A stretch of DNA of 64,000 nucleotides from Candidatus Magasanikiibacteriota bacterium (GTDB lineage Bacteria; Patescibacteriota; Patescibacteriia; Magasanikbacterales; GWA2-37-8), in NCBI GenBank assembly GCA_016182085.1, contig JACOYB010000007.1:6381-70380 (forward strand), read 5' to 3'. Both the position numbers and the translations under genes were made by a program. The notes under the pieces are model-generated. The model was not told the DNA's origin, did not search any database, and was given only the letters and a program-made list of their open reading frames with translations. Below are positions 28,775 through 38,228 of this stretch, in pieces. Position 1 is the stretch's first letter, and each line of letters begins with the position of its first letter.

Positions 28775-29632
28775 TTACTCTACCTTATTTATTTTTTTCG
28801 CGCAAGTTACGGTATTTAGAAGAAGTTTGGCCACCGTAATTGGGCCAATACCGCCTGGAGTAGGAGTAATAAATTTAGTTTTTTTGGAAACACTGGCAAA
28901 ATCCACATCACCTTGCATTTTACCGTTTATATATACAATACCGGTATCAATCACAACCGCGCCTTTTTTTACCATATCGGCTTTGATTAAATTTTGTTTG
29001 CCAACGGCCGAGACAATTACATCCGCTTCCAAACATTTCTTTTTTATATCTTTAGTATAACTGTTGCAGGTCGTAACACTGGCCAGTTCATTTACAAGCA
29101 TGATGGCTAGGGGTTTGCCGACCAGCGCGCCGGCGCCTACAATCGTGACATTTTTTCCCACCAGATTAAATTTTATTTCTTTTAAGGTTTTTATGACTGC
29201 CCAAGGGGTAGGCGGTTCTATATGGTTGCTTTTCATGACTAGTTTTCCAATATTGGCATCCGTAAGGCAGTCCACATCTATAGCGGGATTAATAGCATTT
29301 AAAACATCTGGTTTATACAGTCGTTCAGGTAAGGGGAGCTGAATAATTAATCCGGTAAGCTGCGAATCTTTTTGAATGGCATGTACAGCGTCAATTAATT
29401 CTTCTTTAGAAATATTTTTTGGAAATTCATACAGAGCAAAATCCATACCTGCCCGCTGCGCTGCGGCTTTTTTTCTGCCTATATACGTGCGTGATGGTTT
29501 ATCATTTCCAACTAAAACAACTGCCAATTTTGGAGTGATGCCTTTTTTCTTCAAGGCAGCCACAGCCTTGGCAGTGCTTTTTTCAATGGTGGCCGCAATT
29601 TTTTTACCATCAATTATAGTTGTCATGGGCAA
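28775..29632 (-). CDS. folD: Bifunctional methylenetetrahydrofolate dehydrogenase/cyclohydrolase FolD
   Basis: MPMTTIIDGKKIAATI… N-terminus. Rossmann segment NVTIVGAGALVGKP. C-terminal PGGIGPITVAKLLLNTV. Confidence 0.9.
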   Translation of the reverse strand: MPMTTIIDGKKIAATIEKSTAKAVAALKKKGITPKLAVVLVGNDKPSRTYIGRKKAAAQRAGMDFALYEFPKNISKEELIDAVHAIQKDSQLTGLIIQLPLPERLYKPDVLNAINPAIDVDCLTDANIGKLVMKSNHIEPPTPWAVIKTLKEIKFNLVGKNVTIVGAGALVGKPLAIMLVNELASVTTCNSYTKDIKKKCLEADVIVSAVGKQNLIKADMVKKGAVVIDTGIVYINGKMQGDVDFASVSKKTKFITPTPGGIGPITVAKLLLNTVTCAKKINKVE

Positions 29633-29729
29633 ATAATAGCATAGTTATGGGGGTTGAGTAAAGAGGAGTCCGATTGACTGGTTGGCATATTTTTACTAAG
29701 ATATAGGCTGTATAAACTAATAATTTTTT

Positions 29730-30491
29730 GTGAAGAAAAATACTTCCTGGGGCAAAGTTGCTAATTGGTATGACAAAATGTTAGAAAAAGACAACGACTC
29801 ATTTCAGAGCCGGGTTATTTTGCCAAATATAACGCGTTTAATGAATTTGGAAAAATCGCAAACAGCTTTAGATTTGGCATGCGGCCAAGGATTTTTTTCG
29901 CGAATTTTCGCGGAAAAAGCGGACAAAGTAATAGCCAGTGATATTTCGCCGGAGTTAATAAAATTGGCGCAAAAACATTCCGTAAAAAATATAGAATACC
30001 ATGTAGCTCCGGCCGATAATCTTAATTTTTGCTCTAATCAGTCTGTAGATACGATTGTAATAATTTTGGCTTTGCAAAATATAAAAAATGTGGACGGAGT
30101 TTTAAAGGAGTGTAAAAGAGTATTAAAAGAAAAGGGGAGTGTGTGTTTGGTTTTGAACCATCCGGCTTTTAGGGTGCCAAAAATGTCCAGCTGGGGCTGG
30201 GATGAAGAAGAAAAAGTGCAGTATCGGCGCATGGACATGTATTTATCAGAATCTCAAAGTGAAATAGATATGCATCCGGGCCAAAAGAAATCCGAAAAAA
30301 CAGTTTCGTTCCACCGGTCTTTGCAGTGGTATTTTAAGATGTTTTCCAAGCATGGGTTTGGGGTAGCCAAATGCGAAGAATGGATTTCACACCGTGAACC
30401 CACCCGAGGCCCGCGATTTGCGGCCGAAGATAGAGCCAGAAAAGAGTTTCCTTTATTTTTATTTTTGGAATTAAGAAAGTTTGAGGGTTAA
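29730..30491 (+). CDS. Class I SAM-dependent methyltransferase
   Basis: Motif I LDLACGQGFFSRIF followed by an acidic-loop VIASDISPEL pattern. Confidence 0.75.
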   Translation: MKKNTSWGKVANWYDKMLEKDNDSFQSRVILPNITRLMNLEKSQTALDLACGQGFFSRIFAEKADKVIASDISPELIKLAQKHSVKNIEYHVAPADNLNFCSNQSVDTIVIILALQNIKNVDGVLKECKRVLKEKGSVCLVLNHPAFRVPKMSSWGWDEEEKVQYRRMDMYLSESQSEIDMHPGQKKSEKTVSFHRSLQWYFKMFSKHGFGVAKCEEWISHREPTRGPRFAAEDRARKEFPLFLFLELRKFEG

Positions 30492-30937
30492 AATATTTAT
30501 AAATTTTTTTATCGTGATTCTTACTAGAATCCTTTTTTTGTGATATACTTTTTCCCGAACGAAGTTTTGTAAAGACCCGACACATCTTTGGAGGGACTAT
30601 GCACGAAGAACAGGTTGTCCAACCAGACCAAGAATGCCGGGCAAAACTATGCCTGGTACAACTAACGCTTAAGCAGAAAGGAGTTAGGGGAATATCTGTT
30701 TTGTTAGGACTGCAAGACGCGGGAAAGATCAAACTGTCACCGGGGAAATGCGAGATTTATAACAGGGTGTTCTTTTTGAGCTCGGAAATTCTCGGCGAGG
30801 ACATCCGTACCACGGTGGTGCAGTTGGGGTCAGGCTATACCACAGGGCCTGCTAAATTATTTTTATTATATTATATTCAATTTTAACTAAATTTTATCAC
30901 ACTTAGTGTATCGTAATTATATTAAGCTAAGTATGGT

Positions 30938-31210
30938 ATGAAAAAATTATTAGTAATAATTGCAGGGTTAATTTTGTTAGGTGTAGGATGTAAGCAAGAA
31001 GAATGGCAAGGTTTTTATTATCCAAATGGCTGTCTTTCTTGTATGGAAGATTATATTTACAGTCCCGCTCTTTCTTCACTGGAAGAGTGCCGAAATTGGG
31101 GAAATGGAATTAGAAAAGAACGTAATAATAATCCAAGCGATCAATACGAATGCGGCCTAAATTGCAAAGCCAAAGGCGTCCTTCGGGTATGTGAGGAGAT
31201 AGTAGATTAA
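30938..31210 (+). CDS. Small Cys-rich lipoprotein
   Basis: Lipobox signal MKKLLVIIAGLILLGVGC. 90 aa with six Cys. Confidence 0.5.
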   Translation: MKKLLVIIAGLILLGVGCKQEEWQGFYYPNGCLSCMEDYIYSPALSSLEECRNWGNGIRKERNNNPSDQYECGLNCKAKGVLRVCEEIVD

Positions 31211-31228
31211 AATGTATATCCTACGTTG

Positions 31229-31299
31229 TTCCGAGGCTTGGATTCGAACCAAGATAAGCAGATTCAGAGTCTGCTGTCCTACCATTAGACCACCTCGGA
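31229..31299 (-). tRNA. tRNA-Gln (anticodon CUG)
   Basis: Minus-strand cloverleaf: acceptor TCCGAGG/CCTCGGA, D arm GTCT-AATGGTA-GGAC, anticodon stem GCAGA/TCTGC with loop CTCTGAA (CTG anticodon), T arm CTTGG-TTCGAAT-CCAAG. CCA is not encoded. Confidence 0.8.
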
Positions 31300-31302
31300 G
31301 TT

Positions 31303-31359
31303 TTGTTTAATTGTCATCCTGAGTGTAACGAAGGATCCCTTCAACGACGAGAGGGATTC
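31303..31359. repeat. Dispersed palindromic element (TGTCATCCTGAG…GAATGACA, copy 3) immediately beside tRNA-Gln, with a second small palindrome at 31383-31408
   Basis: ttgtcatcctgagtgtaacgaaggatcccttcaacgacgagagggattcttctcccgaacactcgggatcagaatgacaa has inverted termini and internal ggatccct/agggattc sub-palindromes. Confidence 0.6.
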
Positions 31360-31445
31360 TTCTCCCGAACACTCGGGATCAGAATGACAAAAATTAAATT
31401 GTCTGGATTCCCGCTATCGGGCGGGAATGACAGGCCGATGACGAG

Positions 31446-32276
31446 TTATATTGCCGCGCCGGCTTGGAATTTATCTAGCCAAGATTTTTCCACCACCATC
31501 ACAAAACTCCACCTCCATTTGCGATCTTTAAATACTTGAGGAGAAGATACGTGATATTTTTTATTATCTTTAATCAGATAAATCCGACCGCTATCTTTGG
31601 TTTTTACAAGCATTCGTTGGCTGGTAAAAAGTACGGTTGCAGGTTTTACGGTTTTACTGGTCTTATGATCGTAATCCCGTAAAGCGCCCATGATTGTATC
31701 ATATAAGTAGCGCAAGTCAAGGCCTTGTTTAAGGTCGCCATTATCATTTACGATAAATTCTTCTTTTTCATCATCAAAGCCTTTTATAACGAAGGTGTGG
31801 TAATATGATCCGTTGCGAGCGAATTGAATACGAGGGTTATTTAAAAGTTTGCCATATAGCAATGCAATCACCGGCCGTCCGGCCCCAAGTTCATCTTTTA
31901 TCTCTTCCAAAGTCGGGTTAGTTTTTATTTTAGCTTCAAAGTATTTGGAATATTCATTTATTACTTTTACCATTTCCGCCGCATCGGTATTGCCATTGTA
32001 GCCAAATAATTTATTTTCAACATCTATATAGTATAAAATGGATTGTTTGGCTTTAGCTTTAGTAACGCCCTTGTTTCGGTTGCCAAAATAATACTCATCA
32101 AGCATGGCGGTAGACGCTTCTTCGCATGAGTTATTCCATGGTTTTACCATAAGTCCTTCCGGCGCTTCGGGGATATAAGGTACGGATAAATTAATGCTTT
32201 CGGCAGCCTGGGCAGATAACACGGGAATTAATAAGAATTCAAGAGCAAATGCAAAAGTTAAGGCTGTAGTTTTCAT
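31446..32276 (-). CDS. Secreted peptidase C39-like (papain-fold) domain protein
   Basis: Signal peptide …VLSAQA. Cys in KPWNNSCEEASTAM and His in GSYYHTFVIKGFDD, spaced as in the C39_2-like family. Confidence 0.55.
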   Translation of the reverse strand: MKTTALTFAFALEFLLIPVLSAQAAESINLSVPYIPEAPEGLMVKPWNNSCEEASTAMLDEYYFGNRNKGVTKAKAKQSILYYIDVENKLFGYNGNTDAAEMVKVINEYSKYFEAKIKTNPTLEEIKDELGAGRPVIALLYGKLLNNPRIQFARNGSYYHTFVIKGFDDEKEEFIVNDNGDLKQGLDLRYLYDTIMGALRDYDHKTSKTVKPATVLFTSQRMLVKTKDSGRIYLIKDNKKYHVSSPQVFKDRKWRWSFVMVVEKSWLDKFQAGAAI

Positions 32277-32294
32277 ATTGGTGAAGGTTAAAAA

Positions 32295-33911
32295 TTAGAT
32301 TAGCTCGCCGCCAAAATCTGCGGCAAGCTTATTTAATTCAGTGTCCTCTTCGGTTTGTGGTCTGGAAGTTTCTAAAACCTCACAGGTTAAGGTAATATGT
32401 TCAGAAAAAACGTCTGATAAGGCTTGTTCTATGGTTCTCTTAACTTTGATTTCATCAATTTTATTCTTATGAAAAGAGTATGGTACCGTAATAAATAACT
32501 GTCCATTTTCCACGGTGCGTAAGCTGCTCATTTTAAGAATGAAGCTTAGTGAATGGTTGGCTTTGCCGATGGTTTCAATTATTTCATCCCATTTGGCCCG
32601 AACATCTTCTAAGGTTGTTTTTATTTCTTTATGGGTAATATGAGAAATTGTTTCCTTTATGGTTTGGGTAAAAGAAGGGGGGGTGGGTTTGTTTTCTTCT
32701 TTGGCGTTTATTTTTATTGCGTCGTCTGGAGTTGGCAAAGATTCCAAATCGCTCGGCGCAGCCGCAGTCTTAGGTTCTGCTTTTTGTTGCTCGCCATGCC
32801 GATCGGATACCGCAGCCTGTGAAGATATTGAGAATTCAATCGAAAACAGTTCAAGGGGTAGTTGAGGCAAAGGAGAAGATCTCATTTCTCTGTGACGAGC
32901 GATAAGAGATTCTATCATGCGTATGAGTTGCAGAGCGGGAATTTTTTCTGCGGTTTTTTTTAAGGTCTTTAAATCTTCATCGCTATAATCCGTATTGATA
33001 TTTTTTGCTTTGGCACTCGTTTGGGAAATCAAAGCCAGACGCAACGCTTCTATACAGTCATATGCAAATTGTTCCAAATTTACGCCGTCCTCGGTAAGTT
33101 TTTGGATCATTTCCACGGCCGCGGCGGCTTGTTTATCCAAAATTAAGTTGATAAATTCTAAAATTGATTCAATATTTGAAGTAGGCAAAATCATTTCCGC
33201 GTCTTCTACGCCGATATTTTTCAAATCCAGGCTTAAAATTTGCCCAAGCAAACTTTCGGCATCGCGCACGCAGCCGTCGCTTTTATTTATAATTCTTTCC
33301 AGAACTTTTTTATCAACTTTTACTTTTTCATTTTTACAAATGCCCTGCAATCTTTCCATCATGTTATCATAGCCGACTTTTTTGAAATTAAAACGCTGAC
33401 AGCGAGAAATGATGGTGGGCAGCAGTTTATGAATTTCGGTGGTGGCTAAAATAAAAATCGCGTGAGCCGGCGGCTCTTCCAAAGTCTTTAACAGCGCGTT
33501 AAAAGCGCTGGTAGAAAGCATGTGCACCTCATCTATGATGAAGACCTTATATTTTGATTTGGTCGGCTTAAATTGAGCGTTTTCAATGATATTTTCACGC
33601 ACGTTGTCTACGCCGGTGTGCGATGCGGCATCAACTTCAATAATATCAATACTGCTGCCGCTCATTAGTTCGTTGCAAGAAGAACACTCGTTACATGGTT
33701 CAAAGTCGCCATCCTTGCGATTTTGGCAATTTACGGCTTTGGCCATTAGTCTGGCGAGCGTAGTTTTGCCGGTGCCGCGCGGGCCGGAAAATAAATACGC
33801 GTGAGCGATTTTACCGGTCGCCACTTCGCTGGTAAGTGTTTTTATAATATGATCTTGACCGGTAACATCCGAGAACAATTGCGGGCGGTATTTTCGGTAG
33901 ATGGTGGACAT
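32295..33911 (-). CDS. dnaX: DNA polymerase III subunit gamma/tau
   Basis: YRKYRPQLFSDVTGQDHII…, GPRGTGKTT P-loop, DEVHML, zinc module CQNRKDGDFEPCNECSSC. Confidence 0.9.
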   Translation of the reverse strand: MSTIYRKYRPQLFSDVTGQDHIIKTLTSEVATGKIAHAYLFSGPRGTGKTTLARLMAKAVNCQNRKDGDFEPCNECSSCNELMSGSSIDIIEVDAASHTGVDNVRENIIENAQFKPTKSKYKVFIIDEVHMLSTSAFNALLKTLEEPPAHAIFILATTEIHKLLPTIISRCQRFNFKKVGYDNMMERLQGICKNEKVKVDKKVLERIINKSDGCVRDAESLLGQILSLDLKNIGVEDAEMILPTSNIESILEFINLILDKQAAAAVEMIQKLTEDGVNLEQFAYDCIEALRLALISQTSAKAKNINTDYSDEDLKTLKKTAEKIPALQLIRMIESLIARHREMRSSPLPQLPLELFSIEFSISSQAAVSDRHGEQQKAEPKTAAAPSDLESLPTPDDAIKINAKEENKPTPPSFTQTIKETISHITHKEIKTTLEDVRAKWDEIIETIGKANHSLSFILKMSSLRTVENGQLFITVPYSFHKNKIDEIKVKRTIEQALSDVFSEHITLTCEVLETSRPQTEEDTELNKLAADFGGELI

Positions 33912-33917
33912 ATTTAG

Positions 33918-33985
33918 GTGTCATCCTGAACCTGTTTCAGGATCTTTCATGTTTTAGGAGATGCTGAAACAAGTTCAGCATGACA
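33918..33985. repeat. Dispersed palindromic element (copy 4) between dnaX start and the TraD-like gene stop
   Basis: gtgtcatcctgaacctgtttcaggatc…gagatgctgaaacaagttcagcatgaca. The 3' half is nearly identical to copy 1 (gagatgctRaaacRagttcagcatgaca). Confidence 0.65.
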
Positions 33986-33990
33986 TTTGA

Positions 33991-36549
33991 TTAAAGACCA
34001 GCTTCACTCAATTCGGTTTTGCCTTCTTTTATTACTACGCCCAGTTGGGCCCTTTCGGCGATTTCCGCTTCCACGATTTCTCTTGGCCGTCCGTATTTAA
34101 GCCTGGACAGCTCTTTAATCGCAGCGGCCAGTTGTTTGTTGCCTGGACGTGGGGGATAGGTGAACATATTAAACGGTTTAGCGGCGGTGTTGTCAATCAG
34201 CAGTTTGGTATAAGCTGTGTATTGTTCCACGTTTACCAGATCGTAGGCGCTAAATACTGGCGCGAATTCTTTGGCCAGAATCTCCGCGTCTTCCACGCCA
34301 ATGCGGAATGATACAAGTGTGCCCGCGTTACCCAAGACCGCGTCACGCACCGTGGTTTTGCCTTTGTTATCTTCCAGTTGTTTCATGTACTGGTGGGCAA
34401 TGATAAGTTCCAAACGGTATTTTCTGGCTTCGGATAAAATGGTGGCAATGGAGTCGGTAATAAAGTTTTGGAACTCGTCAATATATAAATAAAAATCATG
34501 GCGCTGATCTTCGGGAAGCGAAGCGCGTTCCAGGGCGGCCATTTGCAGTTTGGATACGATAATAAGACCTAAGAGGTTTGAGTTTATTTCACCAACCAAA
34601 CCCTTGGCCAAATTAACCAAGAGAATTTTTTTCTTGTCCATGACCTCGCGGAAATTAAAACCCGAATGCGTTTGGCCGATAATATTACGGATCATGGCGT
34701 TTTCTACAAAACGGCCCACTTTGGAAATAAGGTACCCCAACATTTCCGATTTATGAAAGTCCGAAGTTTTGGCCATTTCTTTATCCCAGAAGGCAAGTAC
34801 CATCGGGTCGGTAAGTTTCTTCTTCCACTCTTTTACAAATTCGTCATCGGTAAACATGCGGGGGATTTCGGCGATCGTGCCCGGATTTTCGGTATCTGCC
34901 ATAAGGGTAAGCATCACGTTGCGCATGTTGTGTTCAAACATCGGGCCAATCATGGACGGATCAGTAACCAGTTTATAGAAAATAGAAATCATTTCCTGGG
35001 TTGCGAAATCTTTTTGCTCTTCGCTCTGTACGTCTATCATGTTTAAGCCGATCGGGCGTTCCACGTCTGCCGGATTAAAATAAATCACGTCTTCGGCTCG
35101 TTCTTTGGGCACATGCTGTAATACATAATCTACAAAATCTCCGTGCGGGTCTATGACGCATACGCCCTCGCCGTTAATAATATCTTGCACTGCCAAATTT
35201 TGGATAAATACGGATTTACCGCTGCCGGATTTACCGATGGTGTACAAATGACGGCGGCGATCTTCGCGTTTCATACGCACAATAGTTTCTTCGCCTCTGT
35301 ATACCGCCCGGCCCAAAATAATACCTTCTTTTGGCATATTAGTGGGCGGAGGGGCTTTGCGCGCGCCGAGCCAGTTGATATTAGGCGTTTCGGTGCTGGG
35401 AATTGGCAGGTGCCAAAAACTGGCCATTTCTTCGGTATTGAAAACCATATAATGGTTTTCTTTAATACTTCTATAGATATAATCCTGAATAAGAGTAGTG
35501 GGACGGCGGGGGACAACAGCGCTGAGAGTATTGCCGTAGCGATACAAATTATATTGACTGAAAGCATTTATAATATTTTCCAAATTGAGCACGGCTTTTT
35601 CCTTGCTGTTTGCCGAGCTTATCAAACGAATCGTGGTTTCCACGCCGCCGCGGCTGATTTTTTCTTCCATGTTTTTAACCATTTCTTCTTCCATCTGGGT
35701 AAGCTGATATTTTGGTTCAAAACTTTGTTGAGTATCTTTTTTCTTTTTTGGGAAAATATATTTGCCCCAGCCGCTGAGGAATCGTCGCAATTCGCCGCGT
35801 TTGGCCACGTCTTCAAATTTTTCGCCTTTTTTGATATCGCGAATAATATGCACGCCTTCCTTGCGCCAATGGCTGGAAGCAGGACGGATAATGTACTGAA
35901 TAATCGCGCCTTCGTCTTCGGCGATTTTGCTGAGCGGGTTGAGCAGGGCAACCAGGGGGTCGCTGTCCAGTTTTTTATATGTTTTAAGCGGGAATGAAGA
36001 TTTGTGTTTGAGCCATAAATACGCGCCCACGATATGGCTTTGCGGCTTGAACGGATTATAGTCCGTTTCTTCGGTGATTTCCGCGTGCGGGTATTGGGCA
36101 TGAACTTGCTGCTCCACAAACCCTTTTATTTTATCGGGGACAATAATATAAAAAGAAATTTTACTATCCTTAACAACGATTTCAAACGCCACATGGTCGT
36201 TGCGTCCGCGCAGCCAGGTCATGATGCCTTTTTCTTTTTTTAATCCGGCAATGGCAGAAAATAAAGTTTCGGAAACGGCGATTTCCTCGCGCACATGATT
36301 GATATTATCTTCGGCGCCGGCGGATTCCGGTTTGTCGCCCTTTTTTTCTTTGGGAACTTTTATGAGCAGTACGGTTTTATGGAATGCCTTGCTTTGGCGT
36401 CCTTTGGCCGTAACCACGGCCTTTAAAATATAAAGAAGAGAAATAAAAAATATTACGCCGAGAGCCGGCGGCAGAATATACAAAAAAAGACTATTTTCCA
36501 GCAAGCTGTTTATAAGTTCTATGATTGTATTTACAATTTCGTAGAACAC
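33991..36549 (-). CDS. TraD/VirD4/TrwB-like type IV coupling-protein-family ATPase with N-terminal membrane anchor
   Basis: Two N-terminal TM helices. Walker A GKSGSGKS. Walker B-like hydrophobic stretch then DE (…IDEFQNF…). Size and layout of conjugative coupling proteins. Confidence 0.7.
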   Translation of the reverse strand: MFYEIVNTIIELINSLLENSLFLYILPPALGVIFFISLLYILKAVVTAKGRQSKAFHKTVLLIKVPKEKKGDKPESAGAEDNINHVREEIAVSETLFSAIAGLKKEKGIMTWLRGRNDHVAFEIVVKDSKISFYIIVPDKIKGFVEQQVHAQYPHAEITEETDYNPFKPQSHIVGAYLWLKHKSSFPLKTYKKLDSDPLVALLNPLSKIAEDEGAIIQYIIRPASSHWRKEGVHIIRDIKKGEKFEDVAKRGELRRFLSGWGKYIFPKKKKDTQQSFEPKYQLTQMEEEMVKNMEEKISRGGVETTIRLISSANSKEKAVLNLENIINAFSQYNLYRYGNTLSAVVPRRPTTLIQDYIYRSIKENHYMVFNTEEMASFWHLPIPSTETPNINWLGARKAPPPTNMPKEGIILGRAVYRGEETIVRMKREDRRRHLYTIGKSGSGKSVFIQNLAVQDIINGEGVCVIDPHGDFVDYVLQHVPKERAEDVIYFNPADVERPIGLNMIDVQSEEQKDFATQEMISIFYKLVTDPSMIGPMFEHNMRNVMLTLMADTENPGTIAEIPRMFTDDEFVKEWKKKLTDPMVLAFWDKEMAKTSDFHKSEMLGYLISKVGRFVENAMIRNIIGQTHSGFNFREVMDKKKILLVNLAKGLVGEINSNLLGLIIVSKLQMAALERASLPEDQRHDFYLYIDEFQNFITDSIATILSEARKYRLELIIAHQYMKQLEDNKGKTTVRDAVLGNAGTLVSFRIGVEDAEILAKEFAPVFSAYDLVNVEQYTAYTKLLIDNTAAKPFNMFTYPPRPGNKQLAAAIKELSRLKYGRPREIVEAEIAERAQLGVVIKEGKTELSEAGL

Positions 36550-36553
36550 ATTT

Positions 36554-37045
36554 CTATTCTTTCTTTTTTAAGGCGATAATCTTGTCGGTTTTTATTTTAG
36601 CTTCTTGTTCTAAAAAAAAGCGATTTATGCCAGGCAGCATGCGCAGCCAATCTAGAATCAAACCCAGGATTTTTTTTACTTTGATATGCGTGCCTTTTAG
36701 GAGTTCTTGAATTTGGGCGGCGGTTTGTTCGCCCTTTAATTTGAATTCTTGTTTGGCAACGGGGGACAATCGCTGGTATGAATCATTCAAGTCTTCTTCC
36801 ATGATTTTTTCTATTTTTACCACGATTTCATTTTTAAGCGGCAAGGGGATAGCTGGGATTTTTTTCATTGCCGGCCTTGGTTTTTGCGGGCCTGCGGTTT
36901 CGGCAGTATGTTTTTGTTCTTCTGTTTCGGTTTCCGTTTCCGGCGCGGCTTCTTTTTCCAATTGCAAATCACGCTCCTCGCGAGCAATTTTAACTTCATC
37001 CGAAGGTTCTATTCGGGGTTTTTCTTCTAAAGGTTTAAATGCCAT
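36554..37045 (-). CDS. Charged hypothetical protein co-transcribed upstream of the TraD-like ATPase gene
   Basis: 163 aa, Glu/Lys-rich. The downstream gene starts 5 nt after its stop on the same strand. Confidence 0.5.
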   Translation of the reverse strand: MAFKPLEEKPRIEPSDEVKIAREERDLQLEKEAAPETETETEEQKHTAETAGPQKPRPAMKKIPAIPLPLKNEIVVKIEKIMEEDLNDSYQRLSPVAKQEFKLKGEQTAAQIQELLKGTHIKVKKILGLILDWLRMLPGINRFFLEQEAKIKTDKIIALKKKE

Positions 37046-37123
37046 ATATAGATATCAAGTATTATAGCATATTTCACACTCGCTCACAATATGTTATAAT
37101 GTATTTACCTTTATAAAATCAAA

Positions 37124-38053
37124 ATGAAAAATATTAACGAAATACAACAAAACGGTTTAGTTTGGATAAATGTGTCCAAACCCGAAGAAAAAGTATTGCG
37201 GACGCTGCAGAAAAGATTTCAATTGGCAGATCAGGAAATAAACGAAAGTTTGCCGTCATTTCAACGGCCGAAATTTGTTAAAAGAGCCAATTATTATTTT
37301 TTAGTTTTGCATTTTCCGATTTTTAACCGAACTACGCGCCGTATTGGCTTTACGGAAGTGGATTTTTTCCTCAGTGGCAGCAGTTTAATTACGGTTCATA
37401 ACAACAGCCTGCCGGTTATAGAGGCGTTTTTTAGGGAGTGTCAGAAAAAAGAAGAATTTAGAAGCAGCTATTTTTCGGGCACGGCCACGCATATATTTTT
37501 TGAACTCCTCAACCGGCTCCTGGAATCAATTTTCCCAATTTTAATGCACATAAACGAAGATATCAGCTCAATTGATAAGATTTTGTTTACCAGAACTCCG
37601 GATAGAAAAATGGCGGAAGAGATTTTACGCTTGAAGATGAATGTAGTTAATTTTCGCCGCGCCATGCAAAGCCACAAAACGGTTTTGGACAGATTGGTGG
37701 CCAGCGGCGGCAGGGATTTGGACATTTCTTCGTATCATACATATATTGGCATCTTGCGAGATCATACTAATGATATTTGGCATTCCTTGGAAAGCCAGAA
37801 AGAAAGCGCGGATAATTTGGATGAAACCAATGAGTCGGTGGTTGGTTTGCGCATGAATGAAATTATGAAAACGCTTACCGTTATTTCTGTTACCACTTTT
37901 CCTTTAACTTTGGTAGCCACAATTTTTGCGATTCATGCGGGTGGGACGCCGTTTATAAGCAGTCCTCTTGGTTTTTGGATAATTTCTTTCGTAATGTTAG
38001 TCGGTGCAATATCAATGCTGTTGATCTTTAAAGCCAAAAAATGGATGGATTAA
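37124..38053 (+). CDS. CorA-like divalent cation transporter family protein lacking the canonical GMN motif
   Basis: Cytoplasmic N-domain plus two C-terminal TM helices, as in CorA/ZntB. The loop motif reads AIHAGGTPF where YGMNF is expected. Confidence 0.6.
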   Translation: MKNINEIQQNGLVWINVSKPEEKVLRTLQKRFQLADQEINESLPSFQRPKFVKRANYYFLVLHFPIFNRTTRRIGFTEVDFFLSGSSLITVHNNSLPVIEAFFRECQKKEEFRSSYFSGTATHIFFELLNRLLESIFPILMHINEDISSIDKILFTRTPDRKMAEEILRLKMNVVNFRRAMQSHKTVLDRLVASGGRDLDISSYHTYIGILRDHTNDIWHSLESQKESADNLDETNESVVGLRMNEIMKTLTVISVTTFPLTLVATIFAIHAGGTPFISSPLGFWIISFVMLVGAISMLLIFKAKKWMD

Positions 38054-38070
38054 ATCAATTGTATAAACAA

Positions 38071-38098
38071 AAAACCACCGTTATTGAGGTGGTTTTTT
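38071..38098. terminator. Bidirectional rho-independent terminator
   Basis: aaaaccacc-gttattga-ggtggtttttt, with A-run and T-run on either side. Confidence 0.65.
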
Positions 38099-38106
38099 GT
38101 TCCAAT

Positions 38107-38160
38107 AAATTTCCAAGAAGTTAGAAATTTAATCAGTTGGCCACATGCGTTGTGGCCACT
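38107..38160. repeat. Conserved 3'-UTR hairpin element copy 1 (AAATTTCCAAGAAGTTAGAAATTT + TGGCCACA-tgcg-TGTGGCCA stem)
   Basis: About 80% identical to 40327-40379. Contains aaatttc/gaaattt and tggccaca/tgtggcca inverted repeats. Lies between the terminator and the stop of the minus-strand gene. Confidence 0.6.
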
Positions 38161-38228
38161 CACGTTCGCGCGCCTTGTGGCGGCGAATCTCCTTGCTCAC
38201 GTTGGGTAGGCGAGCGTAACAGGAGTGT

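Noticed and set aside
30599-30886. 95-aa ORF as a confident CDS
   Set aside because: No SD, odd composition, and it lies in a GC-elevated segment that may be RNA. Reported as an open question rather than a gene.
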